From the NCBI GenBank assembly GCA_050273025.1, contig CP158636.1:9920001-9984000 (forward strand): a stretch of DNA of 64,000 nucleotides, in the 5' to 3' direction. The notes beneath the pieces were generated by a model. The model was not told where the DNA came from. It made no database searches and saw nothing but the letters and a program-made list of their open reading frames with translations. The position numbers and the translations under genes are program-made. Positions 1-12,100 of the stretch are shown here, in pieces. Numbering within the stretch: the first letter of the stretch is position 1; every line of letters starts with the position of its first letter. This DNA comes from Cenococcum geophilum (lineage: Eukaryota).

Positions 1-732
1 ACGCTGGAGAGGTAAATAGAAGTTAAAGGTATAGAGGCTAACTTAGGTAAGACAAACCTAAGCTATAGCATAGTTAACGCTATAGGGGGTAAATACCTAA
101 GGGCTCCGAGAAGGCCTAATAAAGGTAAAAAATATAATAGCAACACTTTTAAGAATAGGAATAATAGGACTAAAAGATTGGCTTTACTAGGTGGGTGTCC
201 TAGTAGGTAGCCTAAGATGCGAATATGGCTAGCTAAGACAGACACCGAAACACGTAATACTGCTATGCCCCCTATACACTAATTAAGAAATAATGCTCTT
301 AGCAGCTAGCACAAAGAACTATAATACACTGCTCTTAATATAAAAAGGCCTTAAGGCGGTTACCTAGTAGCTTATTAGTTAAAATATGCTAAATTAGTTC
401 CGGGTTATAAGGGAAATGGTAATAAAAGGCAAGGGGGCGAGTAGTAGGTGCCCCCTAGTAACTCTATAGTAGTAAAGTAAAAGTTTATAATACTAGCGCG
501 TCCGTAGGCTTATTACGGCAGTAGTGGTTCCTAAGGAGGTTAAATAGTAAGGTAGTAGAGCACTATAGGCGACTCGTAGGCGCTAAGTAGGCAAGTCCTA
601 AAAGGCGGGGAAATGGATTATAGGGTTTTCTCATTTTTTTTAAATAGAGTTTTCTCCCCATATGTAAATAAGGAGTAGTCTGCGTGGGCCCAATAGGGAT
701 CCAAATCGGACGTTAAGCAATGAATTATTATT
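1..732 (+). mobile_element. 3' end of a Tad1-clade LINE (ORF2 C-terminus, 3'UTR and short tail), RIP-mutated
   Basis: De-RIP reading gives the ORF2 C-terminal zinc finger CECGWPRQTPKHVILLC (~219-270) and ...AVTQWLI..MLDQF. The terminal block GGAGTAGTCTGCGTGGGCC...GGATCC...GACGTTAA (672-716) recurs at ~23907 and, inverted, at ~54360-54406. Confidence 0.8.
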
Positions 733-3700
733 AATAAATAGGTAATAAGATTTATTTCTTAATTATTAGTAAAGTAATTAGATTTAGACCTTAGCTACTA
801 TAGACCTTATATTAGTAGTAGTATAACTACTAAGAGAGGATATAAATAGGTTAGTTGTAAAAGCGTTGGGGGCGCTAGAATTGGTTAGGCTATAGGATAA
901 GGAATAGATAAATTATATAAGGATTTACGTGTTTATACTTAGTACGTTTCTAGGTAAATAACTTCTTAAGTTCCCTAAATAACTTCCCTTACTTATCTCT
1001 CTATACCTATAGTTCCTTTTTTTTAAGCTTTATAAATGGTTTAATATTCTTTAACTATTACGCTATAAACCTTCTATAGTAATTATAAATCCCTAAAAAT
1101 AACCTTAACTGCGTTACGTTCTCTAGTTTTTACTAATTTACTATAACTTCTATTTTCTTTAGGTCTATACTAGTATAACTTAGTTTAATAATAAATCTAA
1201 TAAAATCTATCCTCTTTATAAAGAACTCGTATTTCTTAATTACTACTAGTATCTATTCTTCCTATAGTCTCTCTAAAACCTATTTAACGTATTCTCCGTA
1301 TTTTCCCTTAGTTATTAAGTAGATAATAATATTGTTAAAGTATACTATAATAAACTTATTTAAGTGTTCTCCTAATATATTATTAATTTGTTTCTAGAAT
1401 ATTACTAGTACGTTTATAAGTCTAAATTACGTAACTAATAGTTTATATAGTCCTTCCTTTAACCTAAAGGCTGCCTTTTATTTATTACCCTTTTTAATCC
1501 TAATCTAATAGTATACCTATCTTAGATTTATCTTTATAAAGATTTATATATTACTTATTTTATCTTAAATCTTACTAATTAAGGGTAAAAGATATCTATC
1601 CTTTCTAGTAATGCTATTTAACTATTTATAGTTAATATATAGCCTAAGTTGCCTATTTTTCTTTAGTATAAATAGCACTAGATATCCTACTAATAACTAT
1701 AATAGTCTAATATATCCTTTTTATAAGTTCTTCTAGATAAATTCTTTAAGTACTCTTAACTCTTCTTAAGTTAGTTTATACATTAGAAGGAACTTTAGAC
1801 TTATTTCTAGTTTTAGTTCTATTTTATAGTTCTATACTATATACTCTAATAGCTTTTTACTTTCTAGGCTCTATAGCTTCTTACTATATTTATAGTATTT
1901 CTTTAGTATATAAGATAACCCTTTTTTAGTTTCCTTATATATCGCTTTAACTTAATACTATACTAATTTAGCTGCTATACACTTCTTATATTATTAAATA
2001 TTTTTTTATTAACCTAACCTATAACCCAATTAATCTTTAGATTGTATTTCTATAACTAAGGTATACCTAATACTGCCTTATCCCGTCCTAATAGTAGGAT
2101 ATTAAAAAATATCTTAATCCGTTTTCCTTTAATAGTTATCTAAATAGGTCCTATTTTAAGATTTATAATACCTCCTCTATAGGCTATTAAATCTCCTAAA
2201 ATTATAACTAATAGATAAGGGTGCTTTTTCTGTCTATATAGTAGCTCTATCCTCTTTACTACTACTAGTAAGATATAGTTCCTTATTACTCTACTATCTA
2301 TTAGCACTTTAAACTATTAATCTTACTAATTAACTTATAAATTTAGGTATTATTCTTAAATTCCTTTAGAGGTCTAAGGCTTTATTACTAGCTTTCTTTA
2401 GTTTTATAAACCTCTACTTTTTCTAACTATTAGCTGCTTAATCCTTATATACTTAGCTTATTCTTTAGCTAATACTTAGTTCGCTTTTTATTCTTAATAT
2501 ACTATAGATATACATTCTCTAGGAACTCCTACTACTATTATCTATTTAAGTATTCTTCTATAAGAAATCTTTTTAGTTAAAGTATTAAGTTATCTAACTC
2601 CTAAACTTCTACTAAATACTAGCTATATATATACTTAATATTTCTATATTATCGCTTATCTAGAGCCTAATATATCCTAATTAGGTATTTCTAATTCTTT
2701 TCTTTTAGGTTTTTATGTATATTATATATATTGTCTATATATGCGATCTATACTAATATATAATATACCAGGTACTTTAGGTTAACTCTTAGCTTATTCT
2801 TATCCTTAAGTTTAAACCTCTATCTAGCTAATCTAAATATTAGTCTTTTATTTATAGGTATTAAGATCTATCTTTCTTATCTTTAATCCTCTAATTCTTC
2901 TTCTAGATTTTTAGACGTTATAATTAATACTCCCTTAATATAACTTATACGTCTTTCTATAATTGCTTAATCTTAAATAACTCTCTAGTTTAGCTATAGG
3001 TAAAAATCTTCCTAACTATTATTATATCGCTGCCTATACTACTTTTAGTATAGCTTTATAAGCGTATATAATCTATCTATAAGTAAATATCTTATTATTA
3101 CTACTTTATAATAGCCTTTTATATACCGTTTTTTAAATATCGTTAAAACTCCTAAGTCCTCTTCTTATTCTAATTCTTTAAGCTATTTTACTTTTAGCGT
3201 GCCTATCTTAGGCCTATTAGTAACCCTTTTTAAGGCTATCTTTAGCTTACCTAGTATCTTTAGTCCGTAGTATCCTCGCTATTCTTACTACCCTTTAATT
3301 CTATTTTTAAATCCTTTTAGTTTTCTCCTAGTTTATATCTAACTATTAGATCTGCTAGATTCTTAAACTCTATAATTTTAGTATTAACTATTTAACTCCA
3401 AGGCTAAATATCTTGTTTACCTAGCATAGGTACTTCTAACCCTAAGCTTACTTCTTTCTTAAGCTGTGCTTCTGCCTTAGTCTATTTAGGCGTCTATAGT
3501 ACCCTTATCTTATCTTAAGAATTTTAGTACTCTAGAAACCTTTATCCCGTACTTATTTATTTATTTTTAAACTAAGCCTATACTCTACTCTATTAATTTT
3601 TATTTGTTATAGGCCCTTAAGCTTATCTTATCCCGTTTTAAAAATCTTAAGCTTCTCTTATCTCTTTTTAAGAATCTTAAGCCTTTAGCCTTTTGCCTTT

Positions 3701-6700
3701 ATTAAGTACCAAAGTAGCTCGCTATCTTACTTCTCTTATATCTTATAAAGCGATAGATATTATATCTAATAGAGTTTTAATCCCTATTGTCGATTCTTCC
3801 CCTATAGTAGATTTAACCTTTACCTTTATTATTGTTAGTCATATAGGGTGACTCACCAATAACGACTACTCGAGTAGGTTATAGTGATATTAGTTAATAA
3901 AACTTATTTCTTAGAATGAGGAAGGGTAAGGAGCTTAAGACTCCTCACTACGCTAGTGCCGCGGCGTTACGTGATAACTGCTTGCCTTATTCCAACACTA
4001 GCAACTCTTCTTTTATAGTTACTATTTATATATAAATACTGCTTGACTAGCATAACAAATATAAATCCTTTTTACTTACTATTGCCATTATAATATAAGT
4101 CTCGCTGTCCTAAAATTTGCCTCTTAGCACGTAGTGCTCTCTTACTAAGGGGTCGTAGGTAAACGTCGCGTTAGGGCCGCTAAGGCGCTAGTTATAAGCA
4201 AGCTAATAGCGATTTTCTATTCTGGGGATGGAAAATCCTAATTAGCTAGTTGGAGTTAGGGTCTGCAGAATGTTATACTCCCCCCTCTAAAAAAAGTCTT
4301 AGTAAGAGAATCTAACCAATTAGATAACTTTAACCGCCGGTTAAAGTTCCTAGACATCTTAAACCCTTACGTAACTAGGAAATTTCTAGGGACTCCCTTT
4401 TAACCTAACCTTTAACTTATATATATAGAGTATTTATATTAATAAACGTCTCTAGTGCCTTATTTGGGTTCGCCTTTGTTATTATATCTACTAGGTTATC
4501 TTAGCTATTAATTTATTAAATTTTAAAGAGTTTTTAACACTTATAGGATTGCTAAAGTGCTATAATATTAATTATAAGGTGCTTCTCCTTTGTACTACTA
4601 AGCTTAATTAAATACTTATAGAGGGAATATAAGTCGGTGTATATAATTATAGGGATAACGGGAAGTTCGAGTCAATCTATAATTATCTTTAGGGTAGTTC
4701 TAATTATAATTACTATATTAACTCCACTAACTATTCTATATATCTCTAATGCTAAAACGCTTTAAGTAATACGCTTACTCTTATTTAAGCTTTAATAAAT
4801 AAGGTTGCCGTAAATTGTAAAGTTATTCTCTCTAGTAGATTTATTCGCGATAATAATCTTATATCCTAACTAGGAGCTAAAATCTTTATTATTTATAAAT
4901 AATTTATTAATAAATATAAAGAGCTTAGTAGTAGGAAGATTAATAGGCATGTAAAGTAATCCCTAATTAAGATGGTTTATTTGCTAGGAAAGACGTTTAT
5001 TTAGGGTAAGAATGTTATCCTTAGTTAGTTCCTAGTATTAGGCGGCAATAGAGAGATTAAATAAAGCCTTAGGTTAATAGATAGAAGTAATATAAGCTTC
5101 GCGAGCGCATTACTCTATATATCCTTATTTTGGGGAATTAACGTTAATAACGTTAATCTTCTTACCTTAACCCTTCTGGCGTAAAGCAATAGAATCCTTA
5201 TTTAGGGAGAAGATGCATTTATTAAAAAGTAATAGTGTTATTAAATTAAGCTTTTCCTTTAGCTTTACTATAAGATTTACCTTTACTAGCTTATCTTCTT
5301 TAAGAGCTAAGAATTGGTTATCTCCTAAGATAATTATATTATTAGTTTATATACTAATAATTCTAAATAGGGTTCCCGTGGTTATAATAAGGAAGTAGGG
5401 ATTAAATATAAAAGTAGTTATTAAAAGCTTCTCTTTATAGTGCTTACTATAGGTAGCCCACTAGTAAGTTCCTACCTCTGCGATTCTATATAATGGCTTA
5501 AGCATAACCATAATCGTATTTTTAGGATACTAGTGGCGAATTTGCTCTAGAAGGTATGCTAATATTAAGCGCTAAAGGTGCGTCTCTAATTAGGTATAGG
5601 CTTAAGTAATATCTTATAAATAGACTGCCATTCTATTCTTTATTAGGGAGGGAGTTAGTGCAATAATAACTCACTAACTAGCTCGTTAAATTATAGGAGA
5701 TTGCGTAAGAATTACCTTCTTACTATTATCGTTGTAACCTTAGATAATAAGCTTTAATTTCTTAAATAGGGCGTTAATAGCTTTACCCTTAATCTTATTA
5801 ACTATTCTTAACTTAAAGATACAAACTCCATTAAACTTAGTAGGGTTATACTTCTTAAATTTAAAGACTCCTCTTATAATAAGACTATTAATCTCCTATT
5901 TATCAGATGCTTAAAAAGGAGCTCTTAGAGTTATAATACGACCTTCCCTTTAGAGCTATTTTATAAGTTTAAAGTCAGCCTTCTCCTTAGCTGTTATAAA
6001 GGCCATTAATAGCTTAACTTTATTCTTAATAGCGGTAACAAATTACTCTTTAAAATTAATAAGATATTAGTAATTTTATAATCCCTTCAGGCGACCTTTA
6101 CCGCGTTATAGTTATAGCGTATCTACTATAATTATATTAGGATTATAGTCGCCTTTTAGAGCACATTAATCGTGGTTCTCCTTTAGGGTATTTTCTATAG
6201 CATCCTATAAAGGCTTAAAACTATTATCTTTATAGTAAGGCTTAATAATAGTTAAACGGAATTAAGTGGGTTTGTAAGGCATCTAAATAGTATAAGTTTA
6301 ACTATTAATTATAATAAGTTAATATAGGCCTAACTACCCTCCCTTTTTACGCTATACGCGTACCTTAGACTAGAGTGGCAGATTAAGTATAGTTAAGGTA
6401 TTTAGGCTATTTCTTATTCCTAGCGCATTATTAACCTAGTATATAGCGTAGAGATGTCGCACCTCCTTTATTGCCTTATAAATAGCCTTAGCTTATTATA
6501 TAATAAAGGGAGATAGTAGAGAATTATTAGTTATTTAAGGGTAGGCGCTAAAGACTAATAATATAGGTATAAGTCTATCCGGGCTAGCGGAATTATTAAT
6601 AGCTTTAACAGCTATTTATAAGGTAAGTTTTTTACTAGCATCCTCTAGTTCTAAAGAGATAATCTTATATACGCGGCGTAATGGCGTATAATATTACTCT

Positions 6701-8388
6701 ACTTTTTTAATACTATTATATGCCTTAATAGGGACTTCCTTAACCTTAATTGCTATTACCCTTATCTATTATTAAAACTCTATAAATAAGAAGTTCTTTC
6801 TTATATTATAGACGATTTAGTTAGGGGGTCCTAAGTAAATATTAATCCAGTATAATTAAAGGGTATCCTATGCGTTCCTAGCTAATATATCCTTTAAGAA
6901 ACGTGCGGCTTAGAAGGAGGTTAAGAAGTTAATAACTTAAAGTACTAGCTTGCCGTTAAGATATATAACGTTAATAATAATACAGAAGTTAAAGTTATAG
7001 TTATCTTTAAGGCTAAACTTAAATTAGCTAGGGGACTTCTGGTTTATTTAGTAGTAATAGTAGTACTTTATAAGGTGCTTAATCGCCTTAACCTTAACTT
7101 TATGGCCTACTCGCTAAAGGACCTTAAGTAGTTAGTAAATAGATAGGTGGTTAAAGCGACGGTGTAGTTAACGTAACTCTAACTTAGTTAAGTAGCTTTA
7201 AGTAATACTCTTTTCTAGTTAATAAAGGAGCAACTAGGGGTAACCCTACTTACGTATAATAGGCACCTAATTATCTCCCTAAACGAGTATATTTTTAAGG
7301 TTATTAAGCTTAACGCCTAATTTATCTATATCTTTAATGTAAAATAGAAATAGGGTATTTATAGGAATAATATGGAAAGTAATATGCCCTAAGGGGGTTT
7401 GGACCCTAATTGTGCTAAAAGAAATTGCAGTACCCTTACTAAAACAAATCGTATATTGGCCTACCATTAAATAGTTAATCTAAATAGAGCTATTAAGTTG
7501 CTAAAGGGCTTAAACTTAAGGTTCTCCTATTATAGATACTCCTATAGCTCTAGTATCTGGTATAATACTATAGAAAACATTTACTAAGTATCTGTTATTA
7601 AAGGAGAATATAAAACTCTCCCTTAGCTTATTAAAGATATCTAACTTTATAATAGAATGGAGCGTAAATTAGTTATTAAGAACAGTAACGGTTTATATAC
7701 CATTTACCTTACTATACTTAGTAAAGTATTAGTTAGGAGAGTAGTTCTTAATTTCTATATCTATAAGGAGCTATTCAGCCTTATTAACCTTACCCTTAAA
7801 ATCTTCTACGTGTTACGGACGCTTTAAGTACAATGTTACGACTACTTAGAGAGGAGTTGAAAGAAGCTAGTTAGTTAATATAAGTACGGTCTAGGATGGA
7901 ACCCGTAGAACTATATAACGAGGAATAGTAAGTAGAGTCACGTAATGTAATCTATGTAATCTGTATAATCTACGAGATCTATAATAGAGCGAATAGAGTA
8001 GATAGAGTAGATAGAGTAACGACTTTCTTAGGAGTACGGTTGTGTATTTAAGGACCCTTAGTCCCTACCTAGATAGTTCTTTCCTTATAGTAATTCTTAG
8101 AATATAATTAGAGTTAATCTATTAGGTAACTACTCCACTAGTTATTATTACGTTGTTAACTTACTTGCAATACCTATATACTTAGCCTATTAATAAGTTT
8201 ACCGTAGTTTCTACTACAAGGCTTCGTTATATAATTACTACTACAGTTATAGTTTTAATAAGTTAAATAATATACTACTAAAAGCAGCCACTATAACGCC
8301 ATTAACGGCGGCAACTACGTTAGGATTAGGTAACGACACTAGTATAGCAGACACTAACTTATAACAACCTATAATAGTAAAACAGTTA

Positions 8389-8580
8389 GTCGTCGTCTCC
8401 CCCTTCGCTCCTCCGTCGTCGTCTCCCCCTTCGCTCCTCCGTCGTCGTCTCCCCCTTCGCTCCTCCGTCGTCGTCTCCCCCTTCGCTCCTCCGTCGTCGT
8501 CTCCCCCTTCGCTCCTCCGTCGTCGTCTCCCCCTTCGCTCCTCCGTCGTCGTCTCCCCCTTCGCTCCTCCGTCGTCGTCG
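8389..8580. repeat. 26-bp tandem array, 7 perfect copies plus a partial (GTCGTCGTCTCCCCCTTCGCTCCTCC)
   Basis: 8389-8570 = 7 x 26 identical units. Confidence 0.97.
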
Positions 8581-8637
8581 CTATGGCGCCGCAGGCTATA
8601 TAGCCCCTGAGGACACGTCACCGGACGCAACCTCTAC

Positions 8638-9195
8638 CACAACCAGTCTGCAGCCATCACGCTGCAGACGACCTCCACCACAACTAGTCTACAGCCATCA
8701 CGCTGCAGACGACCCCTCTCCAACCTGTCTACGGCCATCGCGCTGCAGACGACCTCTCCACAACCTGTCTACGGCCATTACGCTGCAGACGACCTCTCCA
8801 CAACCTGTCTACAGCCATCGCGCTGCAGACGACCTCCACAACCTGTCTACGGCCGTTACGCTGCAGACGACCTCTCCACAACCTGTCTACAGCCGTCGCG
8901 CTGCAGACGACCTCCACAACCTGTCTACGGCCATCACGCTGCAGACGACCTCTCCACAACCTGTCTACAGCCATCGCGCTGCAGACGACCTCCACAACCT
9001 GTCTACAGCCATCACGCTGCAGACGACCTATCCACAACCTGTCTACGGCCATTACGCTGCAGACGACCTCTCCACAACCTGTCTACAGCCATCGCGCTGC
9101 AGACGACCTCCACAACCTGTCTATAGCCATCGCGCTGCAGACGACCTCCACAACCTATCTACAGCCATCGCGCTGCAGACGACCTCTACCACAAC
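8638..9195. repeat. 38/40-bp tandem array, 14 units, each with an internal inverted repeat
   Basis: GCTGCAGACGACC recurs at 8661, 8702, 8742, 8782, 8822, 8860, 8900, 8938, 8978, 9016, 9056, 9096, 9134 and 9172. Confidence 0.95.
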
Positions 9196-12100
9196 CGCCA
9201 CCACCGCCACAACATACCATACAATACCGCACTATAGGCGTACCGCAGATGCGCAGATAGGGGTGGCTATAGTAGGGGAGGGGAAGGGGCCGGCCCGTGT
9301 TACTTTAGCACGTTAAATCTAAGGTGTATAGGCGAATTGGTGTTTATACCCTATACAAGACAACTTCGTAAAAATTTTCCTATGGGAGTGGGTTTACGTA
9401 ACGAGGTTCGCCCTTATAAAATACCATTAGTAGGTTATTTTTGGGGAGAGTACCTATTAATTACTAATTCCCTACCCATTTCTTTAGCAAGGAGAAGAGA
9501 TAGGGTACAGAATAAAAAGTCGCTTTAGGGGTAATTGGTAGCTGCTTCTAAGCTAGCAAGCTATTGTAACGCCTCTTATTCTTAAGTGCAAAACTATTTA
9601 ATAAAAATCTTTCTTTTAGAGCGCTTTTTCTACTCTAGGAACGGCAGAATACGGCAGAAATAGATAAAAGAGCCAGGATTTCCTTAGTGCGATTTTCTTG
9701 GCATAAACTAGACCATAGTAAGCAAGATATCAGGACAAAACACCAATAGGCTAGGAGCTCCCCCTAGTATTTAAAACGGGCTAGAGTGTCCACTTAGCTA
9801 CTAGTACATGTTAAGCTGCCTAGGAAGGATTCATGTATATAGAACTATAGCGCCATAGCCTAGAGGCTGCATGCGCAGTATTGTACGTAGTATAATACAA
9901 CGGATATAAAAAAAAAAAAAAAAAAGTAAAACAGTTATAAATAATAGTTAATTAGTTAATAGGAGATAATGCGGCACTTAAAAATAGGATTAATGGGATA
10001 GGAGTAGTAAAGGTTAAGTTACTATTAATTAAAAGATTTTTAGGAGAGAGATTAAAGCTTAAAGGATTCCTTATATAAATATACTTTAAGGTTACACAAA
10101 AAGAAGCAAAGCTAGTAATAATTATGGATTAAGTAGCATATATAGGATTGTTCTTATTAGAAAGAGCACTTAAATAGTTTAAGTCTTACCTTATAGAGAT
10201 ATAAGTAAACGGAATAATAACAACAAACTAAGAAGTACGGTTTATATTTTTAAGCTAGAATGGATTTATAGAGCGACTTATATAAATATTTAGGAACCTA
10301 GAAACAATAACTATAGCAAAAAGAAAGCTTTAGGACCTAATATAACAAACTTTAGTAATTAAGTATACAATATAATTCTAAACGCTAGCTATATAACTTA
10401 AGTGGAATAATAAGGCGCTTATGGTATAGTATAAATAGGGACTTAAAGCTAAAGTCTAGGATATAATTATTTTGATAGAAAATGCGGACACCCTAAGGGA
10501 ATTAATAGATTAAGCAATTAAGATTAATAATAGGATCTTCTAAAGGGAATAGGCTAAGAGGGGCTAGGATAGAGTTCTATAGTCGTATAAGATATAAAGC
10601 ACATAACAACTAAAGCTAAATTAGAAATTATGGTATAGCGTAGAGCTAATAGACCTAAGTAGTACTAAAGAAACCTAAAAAAAATAGAGTAAGAAACTAT
10701 GGAAACCTAGGGGTTAAGGATTAAGTAATTATAGGATTAAGGAGTATAGGCTAAACCAAGGATCTTAGTAATAGAAGACGTTTAAGCGAACTCTATAGTA
10801 AAAATAATGGTTTAAAGATAGAGCTTATATAAATTACGGAAAATAGGGTTATTTCGCTAAAGACTATAAAAGTGGTTAGAGTTATTACATAGTAAAGGGA
10901 ACTAGACTAGTAGTATATAACATATACGTATAGAGGGACGATAGTACGCTGCAAGGAATAAAAGAATGTTTAATTAGAAGTTTTGCGTTTTATTATAATA
11001 ACGCATGCCAAATTTATAAAGACGCTAAGTATGGTGCAAGCTATTAGCCATAAGAGCTAGAGTTAAGAGGACTTAAAGGAATTAAAGAGTTAGACGAAGA
11101 TTAAAATCGACTCTACGAGCTAGATTAAGATATTATAGTAATATACGGATAAAGATTAGTAATAATAATAATAGAGTTAGAGTACTTATTAATTAATAGT
11201 GATGAGGATAGTAAGGAAACTAACTAGGGGTATCTAAACCTTAATAACGTAATAGAAGTAGAGACTAAAACCGCTATAAAGTAAGGTTTAGTAACGGGCA
11301 TTATAACACTATTAGATACGGCATCCATCGCTTTATAAGACGGAAGGAGTAATATCTAAAAACGATTAAGCAAGTAGACGATTGCTAGTGCTAGCTTACT
11401 ACTTAATAAAGGCAAAAGGCTAAAGGATTAAGATTCTTAAGAAGAGATAAGGTATACTTAAGGACCTATAATAGACGAAAACCAATGGAGTAGAGTAGTA
11501 GCTTAGTTTAAGAATATATAAATAAGCTTAGGATAAGTGTTCCTAACGGCATAAGACTCTTAAGATGAAATAAGTAAGATTTAGGACTCTTAAGATAAGG
11601 TAAGGACACTAGTAAAGCCTAGTTGGACTAAGGCTGGAGCTAAGCTTAAGTTAGAAGCAAGCTTAGGATTAAAGAATTTAAGGAACTAGGAATTTAGAGT
11701 ATAAATTAGGACACCTAAAAGCAAGGGGTAAGGAGCTTCTTTATAGATTAGAGAATCTGCAATATAAATAGCAGTTAGACTAGGAGATAGATATATAGAC
11801 CTAGAGGACTTACTAGTTAAATAAGATATTTAGACTAAAGATCGAGAGTTTAATACCAAGATTAAGAAGTAGGAGGACTTTAAGGATCTACTCGTAAGAC
11901 GCAAAAAGAAAGAAACTATAGAGGAGTTTAGAGTGAGAATTACCTTATAGCAGGAACAGAAACTAGATAAGAGATCTAGTACGTTAGGACGTATAAGGGA
12001 CAGAGTACCTATATAAAGGATTACTAATAGGCTAAGAATAGGCACACTAAGAGCTAAATGGCTTATTAAATTAGAAAGTAAAGAGGATCTAGGGATTCCT

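Larger units (their letters stand above)
8389..9924 (+). mobile_element. Poly(A)-tailed retro-insertion (TPRT product) inside gag of A1
   Basis: Absent from the equivalent position of A2. Flanked by the 13-bp TSD AGTAAAACAGTTA (8376-8388 / 9925-9937) and ends in an ~17-nt A tract. Confidence 0.9.

Noticed and set aside
733..946. RIP-mutated segment between the LINE tail and Gypsy B
   Set aside because: No termini, TSD or motif could be assigned.
8247..9052. ORFs 8247-8630 and 8729-9052 (minus)
   Set aside because: They are translations of the tandem arrays, antisense to the poly(A) orientation, with unit lengths not divisible by 3.
8638..9195. CRISPR-like array (palindromic repeats at regular spacing)
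   Set aside because: Linkers are near-identical rather than unique spacers, the context is eukaryotic, and there are no cas genes.
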